DNA of 58,889 nucleotides from Seison nebaliae (Eukaryota): NCBI GenBank assembly GCA_023231475.1, contig JALJEE010001494.1, positions 62,001 to 120,889 of the forward strand, read 5' to 3'. Shown piece by piece: positions 50,801 to 58,889 of this stretch (position 1 is its first letter; each line of letters starts with the position of its first letter). The notes under the pieces were generated by a model. It saw only the letters and a program-made list of their open reading frames with translations, ran no database searches and was not told where the DNA came from. The position numbers and the translations under genes were made by a program.

Positions 50801-51563
50801 GATTCCATTTCTTGTAACATAATGCTTTTTTAGAACAACATTCGATTACATAGATCTTTCGGTTCTAATAGATTTAATGGAAAAAAACGTAAAAGAAAAG
50901 AAATTTCTTGAAAATTAGAAATTTTATATTAAATTCCCAATTTTGTTTGTAGGAAAAAGAAACGGGTGAATTAAAAGAATTGACGTAACTAATCGAATGA
51001 GTGAGAAGGATACATTGAATAGGAGATGACAATTGAGAACTTACCGAAAAATTTGCATGTCTTACAAAATCTTTATTCTTTGTTATTCTACAGGCAATCT
51101 CATCATTACGCAAATTATGAGGATGGTATGTGAGGGAGTAACTGTTCGCTTCTTTCAATTGACGTAGACGGTTAATCATATTACCTGTTCATTTGAGAGC
51201 GATAGATATTAAAAGAAAAGAATTGATGAGAAGAAATTGTTGAGTGTGAAGAGATGAGTGTTGAAGAATGACATTCGGTTACTTTGTTTTCGAAACGGAA
51301 GAAACTCAGTAACTGATCACTCAATAATAACTTGAAGGTAATCGTCGAAGACATATACGAAATTGATCTATGTCCGGCATCAATCCTCCGTTGTACCATA
51401 TAAGAATTGGATTGTCTTCATTTTCAATCTTTTCTTCGCTCTTTTCTTCTCTCATCAATTCATTCGTTTTCATCATCATTGTCATCGTCGTTCTCCGTTC
51501 GATGTCCCAACAATATAACATGATGATGAGATAGACGAATGTTGTAGAAATGAATATTTCCAT
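47876..51563 (-). CDS. GT10 fucosyltransferase FUT10/FUT11-like, 5 exons
   Basis: Exons 51563-51332, 51184-51045, 49559-48719, 48676-48629, 48156-47876. Type II TM, PILIW, ACRIT, FLFYGT, WALYHEESPKN, YIQSACNPPSDR, YKLVLAFENGICDDYITEKLWR, AFEC, last exon with Y.CEEP. This unites four ORF-track fragments. Confidence 0.85.
50201..50537. mobile_element. Non-autonomous hAT-type MITE (337 bp) in FUT10/11 intron 2
   Basis: 56-bp TIRs (50201-50256 / 50482-50537, 52/56 match) starting TAGTG. Perfect 8-bp TSD GTAATAAT (50193-50200, 50538-50545). Internal perfect 38-bp inverted repeat (50285-50322 / 50383-50420). Confidence 0.9.
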
Positions 51564-51728
51564 TTTGCGCTAATCGTAAATTGAGTGATGAATGATGAAC
51601 AGATCAATTGACGGATCGTGTGATTACCAAAACAGAACAGATTGAGATAGTTGGAAGTTTATTTAATTAATAATTAAGACACGAGAGAAATAACAAGTTA
51701 TCATCACCAGTTTCAGATGGTGATTTTC

Positions 51729-52064
51729 TCACCGTTTCTCCGGTTTCGATTGTGTGCCATTTCCATGTAGTTGGAACGCGATCACTATCGACGTGATCAA
51801 TAGAACGATCGATAATAGAAATAGAAAGACAGCGACTCGATTGTAATGTGCGGTAGTCGAATCACCACCAAGAAATGAATATTTGTGTTTGCAACGAACA
51901 TTTATTCTCTTATATTCATGCACTAATCGAACTATGTAACCGTGTGGACAATATTTTCCCAACATCTCCCGATATTGCACCGAATTCTGCACTATGGCTG
52001 AAGCAGCCACTGACGGATCATCCGGTATTAAATATTCTCGTGAAATTGGATTGAGGTTACTCAT
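51729..52064 (-). CDS. Small protein with one C-terminal TM helix (111 aa), function unknown
   Basis: Single-exon ORF with coding-like composition; hydrophobic VAVFLFLLSIVLLITSIVIAF. Confidence 0.65.
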   Translation of the reverse strand: MSNLNPISREYLIPDDPSVAASAIVQNSVQYREMLGKYCPHGYIVRLVHEYKRINVRCKHKYSFLGGDSTTAHYNRVAVFLFLLSIVLLITSIVIAFQLHGNGTQSKPEKR

Positions 52065-52639
52065 TGAAATCGAAATAATAAAAAAACTTAAATTCTAATT
52101 GATTCGCACAATTCCTTCCTTCTCTTTCATCAATTCAACTTTTTACCAAATTCTATCTCACTCAAATCTAATCATTTCCTCAATCGGAAGTAATTTCAGA
52201 AAAATATTTCTTTTCCATTTTTTAACTTCAAATGGAAAATTGATTTCATGAAATCTCAGAAACAAAAAAAAAACTGAAAACAAATTTCTAAATGAAAAAA
52301 TAAAATTAAAATAATTCAAATTTTTTAATTTAATAAACATCTTCAATTTTCACCAGTAATCAAAAACTATCATAAAAACTCTTGTCAGTCAATCCTATTT
52401 TCCATTAAAATTAAACTAATTATATATTTTTCTTTTAGGAACATTATTCGAATTATCTTTTCTTGTGTGAAATATCGTAAATTATTATCGATTGTACAAC
52501 AAGCATCAGATGATAAAATTGTGAACTTTCTGTTGTTTTTCTTTTAAATTTCAATTAAATTTTTAAATTTTATTCATCATTTATAATTAAGTTCTTGCAC
52601 GTTCAAGTAATTTTCCATAAATCTTTCATTAATTTAGAT

Positions 52640-53064
52640 ATGAACCGATTATATATTCTCAATATTTTTTTTTTAATTTTCTTTCAATGTTTCATTGTTC
52701 GTCCGATATCGTCGTCGCCATCGAATAATAAAAGAACTTATTACTTCTCTAGTCTCCCAACATATGCAAATAATTGGAAACGAAACAATCGCAAGTTCTA
52801 TTTCCTAAAAAAAATTAAATATTTTCCATTCGACAATTCTAAAGATTCTATTATGCCCTACCAGATAAATCAATAAGATTATCACCGAAATCTCGACCAG
52901 CAGACAACAACGACAACTGTCAAAAAGAGAACGAAGTTTGTGGTATCTCCAACAAGGATTATCAATGTTGCGGCGATTTTCAATGTAAATGCAGTTCGTT
53001 CCTCTACATTGTTCGTTTCAATTGTCTATGTCGCAAACGTACAAAATATTGGTGGGGCAAATGA
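52640..53064 (+). CDS. Agatoxin-like (inhibitor cystine knot) neuropeptide precursor, 124 aa
   Basis: Exons 52640-52794 and 52845-53064 (50-nt intron). Signal peptide, KR/RK sites, C-x6-C-x8-CC-x4-C-x-C-x10-C-x-C, and C-terminal WWGK (amidation signal). Confidence 0.85.
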
Positions 53065-53618
53065 AATATCGATAGAATAAATATGAGAAATATGGGAACA
53101 ATCAAATGAGAATGAATTGAAAATATTTTATTTTTTATTTTTTTATTTAATCCAAATAAAAATTGATACATTTCTGAAACAGAAAAACAAAAACAGGAAA
53201 TTTAACATGATCATTGTGATATATAATAAGTTCTCTCTACATTCTATAATATTTCTTCTCAAAATATTATCGATTAGTTGAAAAGTTGATGAGGAAAAGG
53301 AAAATATATATCTGATGTCTCTACAAATGAAAAATTTCTCGACAATTTCTCTTTCTTCGCGAAAACAAGAAAAGAAATGTTCCGAAAATTAAATTTTGGA
53401 ATTTGTTATGAAAAATTATTCCAATAAGAAAAAGAAATTTTTAACGGAAATTTAACAGAAAAAAAATTAAAAATTTTTTGTTTCCTAAAAATTTTTGAAA
53501 AAGACATTTTTTCAAAAAAAATAATTTTCCAAGAAAAAAAATTTTTTCCTTTCAATCTCGAGATCGATCAAGAAAGGATAGAAAGAGAAAGAGAAAGAGA
53601 GAGAGAGAGATACTAGAT

Positions 53619-56600
53619 CTATTGTTGTTTGAAAAGATGCATCTCATTGATCACGTTCAACAAATCTACCAATTCCACAAACATTGGTTGCTGAAAGAAA
53701 AGAATATGAATTGAAATTCAATTGAAAAATGGCTAACTGGAGTTTGTTTGAAAGTTTCTAAGAAATTCTTTGTGTTTTTCTTCTCGGAGAATTGTTTGAG
53801 TTTTCGTTGAAAATCGACAGCGTGTTTTGTCAAATCTTTGAGAATGAGGAAACTTTCTTTCGTCTTCTCATGATCTTCACCTAAGAGTTGTGTGTATATT
53901 CGATTTGCATCTTTTTCATGTTGTAACGCCAATTTGTAGTCGGCGGAAAATGCATAAGTTCGACTAAGAATTCGTGCAATGAATGCGACGAATGGTGATT
54001 GATCGCCATAGAAATGTTTCTTGGATTTGAGAACTTTCTGAAGGAGATGAACACTTTGATCCATTTCACCATTTATTTGATAGATAACGGCAATGGACGC
54101 ATCAATTACGTTGAGGAAGGGATGATGTTTGCCAGAGAGATGAAGAAAAATGAGACGTGAACGTTTCGCTAAAGAAATGGCTTGATCGAATTTGCCGGAG
54201 GAGAATGAATAAAGAGAGAAAAGTAAATAGGAACGACAAGTGAAGATGTGATCGATTCCATATGTTCTCTCAGCTACGATAACGGCTTTATATTGAACAT
54301 TCCATGCTTCCATATGATCATGGAATAGATATCGTAATTGAGCGATATGTGTGAGAACTGAAGCGATAAGAGGATGAAGAATGCCATAGACTTGTGTCAT
54401 ACAATTATAAGATTTTTGAAGTAGAGTAAATGCAACTCTCAATGTATGTAATTGTTGTACGATTGAATTAGATGCTGATGTTTCATCATTCTCATTAACT
54501 GGTGATGGTTTTGCAACTTCTTTTAATTTCATTAAACCGGCACGATAAAATGCCAATCCGTCAGTACATGTAACATCAGGCCAACGAGGTTTGGGTAAGA
54601 TGGCAATAATATCATTGACAGTGAAAATGGAAGAAGAAGAGAAATCATAAGATTTCCCAATGATTTGAATACCGGTAAGGATAGAAAAACGTCGGAGAAA
54701 TGCCACTGATGGAATTTCATTTAATTCTAATAAAGTCATCACATCTCGAGAATTGTCGGGAATTCCATCGAATAATTTTGATAAATCGAAATTGAAATGT
54801 GTCTGAATATCTTTCGAAATCATTTTATATAATTGGAGAACATTTAATTTCTTCCAATCATTACTCACGATTGTTGACGTGAAATAGAGATTCCTTTCAC
54901 ATGAATCATTATGTTGATAATTTGAACGGTTCTTCTTATTCTTATAATTTTTTTTATTATGTCCATTATGTTGTTGTTGTTGTTGTTGTTGATGATGATG
55001 ATCATTTTCATTTCCGTTTGAACGGTTTTGTAATCCGAAAAGAGAATTAAGAAATAATGAAATTGCTGCTGCAGTATCAGTGGCGGAGACGGAACGAATC
55101 CATCTGACAAAAATCCGTTTGGCTGCTCGACATAATAATTCGAAGAGACACATCGATTTGAGGAATTGAGAAATGTTGGAATTTGTTTGAACATTCAATC
55201 GATCAATAATATCACCCAAATAACGAAGATTAATTCCTCGTTTTTGCATTTCTACAACTAACTCATAATTGTCCAATGGTAACGAATGTGTGTCCGTTGT
55301 CATATTCATCAATAATTCATTGATTATTTTCCGTCGAAGATATCGTCCCAATCTCCTCAAATTATTCTCATCTTCGACACATTTCACGATATGTTTATCT
55401 TTCTGGAGAGCATCGGAATTGAATTGCATCAACCATTTTTCTTCTGATAACGATCCACAAAGTTTAGCTGCTTCATTCATCGAAATATTCTTCTCTTTTA
55501 TAATTCTCTTCATTTGTTCCTCCTTATCAGTATTGAATCGTCGAATCAATGATAATCGGAATAACGGTAACGAATGTTCGATTGATGACAATTCTTCTTT
55601 CATTCCTAAAGTGAATTCCTTCTCATATAATTCATCGTCGTTAAACACATTTACACAATCCACATTACACGAAATACAATTTGCATCGATGGGAAATGTT
55701 CTCATCATATCTAGAAGATACATTCGTCTATCATTGCCGAGAACTCCCTGAAAAAATAAAAGAATATTTTGAATAAAATTCAAATTAAATTTTAACTTTA
55801 CATTCGATCGAAGTATAAAATTGATGTTGTATTCCTTTGTCGTCGACGATGAGATGTGGTCGGAGAAATAACGATTCACTTACTCCTTTCAAAATCATTT
55901 CATATTTCTCACAATAATACATTCGTTCTTGTGTCTCTTCATTGGGTTCATTCTCTACGAAAATATTTCCTTAATTAACTCTAATATTATTAGAGAATGA
56001 AAAAGAACCTTTGGGTCGTACGGCGATCGATGAATTTACCGTTTTACCAAAATCCGAACTACCATAAACTACTGAATTATCTTGTTCTCGTTCAAGAATT
56101 CCTTAAAGAAATTAATAAAAATTTTGTATATAATTTAATTAGAAATAAATAAAATTTAAAACCAGGAATGATTGTTTGAACGGTGACACGCATACCATAA
56201 TAATCGATAATAATTGTACCAGAAGTTCCGATACAAGGTTTTCCTTTAATTCGTAATTCTTCAATTTCTGATTCGATGGCATTCACACCGTTATAATCAT
56301 TGGCTGAAGCGACATATGCTGCTGCGTCACCTCCTAAATCTTCATAATGTCTTTTCACATCAAATCCGAAAGAGAAGAACATATTATTCCAAATGAACAT
56401 TTGAATTTTTCGATCTTCTCCTGGATTAATCGCCATTAAATTTCCTTCAACAGCTGCTTGTGCACCGAAACAAGCTGCATTACTAAAATCTGTCATTACT
56501 TTAAATTTTGCTCGATCTCTCAGAATACGTTCACTCGTCGTACTCATAGGAAGTTCTCTCGTACTTTGGAATTCATCATTCCAATCACGATTTGGTGATG

Positions 56601-58092
56601 GAAATTGATCATCTGTATAACTTCCAGCTGATTTCCATCCACTACATCCTAATGCATCAGAGAAACGACAAATATTATTACTCTCACTATCACATTTGCG
56701 AATACACCAAGGAATCGTACAGAATGGAGATATGATACGTTCATATGAATGAATTCCAATTCGTTCTTCTTGCAAAATTCGATATCGTTCTTTGAAGAGA
56801 GGCGATATATTATCCAATAATGTAACGATGGATTGATAAATGGAATTATTAGTGGATGTATGACGAAATTGACGATTAGTAGATTCGTTGAGGAAGAATC
56901 CTCGAACATTCGCCGTTATATGAAATTCTTTCTTTTCCAATGTCTCCGCTATCAAATACAACAAATCGCCTTGTAATTTTCTGAATGGACTGACTGGATT
57001 ATATTCAGATATCTTTATCGAAATTAAACAAGGAGGAGATTTACTGAAGTTAGGATGAAGCAATTTCAAATTATATTCATCATCATTCAAACCGTTTTGA
57101 TGGTTTTCATTTATCAAATTTTCATTCGATTTATTTGTTGGTGATGATGATTTCTTCTTATTTTTCAATGATTTCTCCATATTACTCTCTTTCGCTATCG
57201 AATCAGCGTATGATATCGACTTGCCACAATAATATCCTTGAATGGAACAATGTTCGAAATAATCGGTCGTCGTAATCAATTCTTGGAAATGTTTCAAATG
57301 AATTCGAACAGTTCTCATTGTAAATTGTTCATCGATCATTATTAATAATGGTTTTATCTCCACCAATTCATTCATTTGTTGTACTCCATTTTCTTTCTTA
57401 TTATTATCCAATGATGATGATGTTACCATCGATAATGATTGTTGAACTAATAATGAATTATTCATTTGAATCTTTTGCACCAATTGTTCAGGTAGAGCAC
57501 TTCGCACTTCCGTAAAAGCATCTAATGGTCGTCCTGGTTCGAATTTATTAATTTCTCGAGTTTTTTCCGTTTCCTGAAGTTTTTGTTGATCCATCAAATA
57601 TTTGGGATCGTCATATTCTTCGGGAATTTGAGAAGTGTGAAGAATTAGAGAAAAATTCGTCCGATGACAAACGTCTTCACGATCCATAATATTCTGATGT
57701 AATTCCTGCACCAATTCATATGTCGTCACGGGAATTTCAATAACATCCAACTCTTTTAATTCCGCATCCGAAATCGAAAATTTACCGTTTCTCTTATGTT
57801 TCTTCTCTCGATTCTCGTCAACGAATTTCAAATAATTCTGTTGTTGTTGAATCATTTTATTGGTGGGATTGGTGACTATTCTAATCGTAAATGGATAATC
57901 GCCTTCTAATAAATTCTCATAAAATTTATCATCATTCTCATCGATTACCGGTTGGACGTCTTCGGACGGAGGCACATTCTCCAATTTTTCATTCGTTAAT
58001 ATATCTTTTTCTTTCTCAATTATCGGATTATCCATTTCACTCTCAATCTTCCTACTACTCTCCACCAATTCTTCTTTCATTTCGCCAGTCAT
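53619..58092 (-). CDS. CLUH: Clustered mitochondria protein homolog (clueless), 5 exons
   Basis: Exons 58092-56163, 56101-56009, 55954-55797, 55747-53738, 53690-53619. RKLQGDLLYL, RDWNDEFQSTRELP, MFIWNNMFFSFGFD, IPG|ILEREQ, YGSSDFGKT, ECK|GVLGND, RGINLRYLG, TPR region, LNVIN. Confidence 0.93.
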
Positions 58093-58331
58093 TTCATCAG
58101 ACTTTTCTGGAAAATAAATGAGAAATTTCCACTAAAATTTATCCAAATTCTAATTCAAAATAATTTTTTGTCTATAAAAAACTTCACTTATTACCGAAAA
58201 TTTATTTTATAACAAACAAACAACAAAAATGGGATTTGGATAGAAGATAAAAAAGTCTAAATTTTCGTGATCAGAAATGAAGAATATTTTATTAGAATTC
58301 TTTTGTACGATTATATCGTATTCAATTCTGT

Positions 58332-58535
58332 TTAGTAGCAGCTACAGTCAATTTGAAGAAGATTTATCAATGCGGCAATACCATAACTCTGTTTCAACTC
58401 GAATTTAAACAAATCTTTATGGAAATTCCTTCTCCCATTCAACTCTTCATCTTTCTTCCATTTTTCTCTTTCAAATTGTGAGCTCATCGCCATTTCACTA
58501 CGATTGATCACGCTTCTCACATCCCACACGGACCA
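58332..58535 (-). CDS. Probable terminal exon of a gene beginning outside the window
   Basis: Acceptor ttgttAG at 58537-58536 followed by 67 open codons (WSVWDVRS...DCSCY*). No family recognised. Confidence 0.45.
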   Translation of the reverse strand, partial: WSVWDVRSVINRSEMAMSSQFEREKWKKDEELNGRRNFHKDLFKFELKQSYGIAALINLLQIDCSCY

Positions 58536-58665
58536 CTAACAAATCCAGAAATTTTATTTCCATTTCTCCTTACGGAAATTTAATATTCAGAAAGGAATAT
58601 ATCTATCATATTTTATCTGCATATGAATTAAGCACACAAATATCTAATTTTCCTGTCAATGTTAT

Positions 58666-58735
58666 AACTTCGTGGCGGAACGGTAGCGCGTTCCACTTCA
58701 GATCGAAAGGCTCCGAGTGCGGGTTGTCGGGGTTG
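58666..58735 (+). tRNA. tRNA-Trp-derived gene or pseudogene with TCA anticodon
   Basis: AACTTCG TG GCGG AACGGTA GCGC G TTCCA CTTCAGA TCGAA AGGCT CCGAGTGCGGGTTGT CGGGGTT G is collinear with eukaryotic tRNA-Trp. 7-bp acceptor stem, anticodon TCA at 58698-58700, T7 terminator at 58742-58748. The T-arm/B-box is degenerate. Confidence 0.75.
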
Positions 58736-58889
58736 ATATAATTTTTTTAAAAAAATAATAAAAGAGAAATGGTCTGGATTCGATTTAAGTTTCTGAATGA
58801 AGAATAAGAATAAATTTAAATGGTAAACATATAAAATCTGATTCCCAATGAATTATAATTATATTGTTCCTTGTCTGTTCGTATTATAT

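Noticed and set aside
49650..50870. Nested gene or snoRNAs in FUT intron 2 outside the MITE
   Set aside because: Only a ~50-codon ATG-less frame and no convincing box C/D or H/ACA structure by eye.
669..58092. Genome-wide UGA-to-Trp reassignment
   Set aside because: Conserved Trp positions I checked use TGG, long ORFs have no internal TGA, and SARS2, the agatoxin-like gene and two orphans end in TGA.

Overview
AT-rich, gene-dense animal (probably spiralian) nuclear DNA with mostly 38-80 nt GT-AG introns. I rebuilt the gene models by hand from the ORF track plus splice-phase logic. In order: a metabotropic glutamate receptor with a very long tail, a D-cysteine desulfhydrase/ACC-deaminase-like enzyme, adducin, a Pro-rich orphan, MORN3, a Tyr-rich secreted orphan, Polycomb/CBX, a MARF1-like LOTUS protein, a SAFB-like RRM protein, TCTEX1D2, AHCY, mitochondrial SerRS, a ZDHHC palmitoyltransferase, FUT10/11, a small membrane orphan, an agatoxin-like peptide precursor, clueless, and a terminal exon of a gene outside the window. 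Highlights: (1) adducin's last two exons, including the MARCKS-like motif and missed by the ORF track, lie 14.7 kb downstream, and that intron holds a same-strand intronless 3070-aa ORF plus candidate microexons; (2) a tRNA-Trp-derived gene carrying a UCA (UGA-reading) anticodon; (3) 30 of 32 reconstructed intron donors start GTT rather than GTR; (4) a candidate non-canonical GT-AT intron restores the Polycomb chromodomain N-terminus; (5) a hAT-type MITE with a perfect 8-bp target-site duplication. No database searches were run: family calls rest on motifs I recognise, and all splice models need RNA confirmation.
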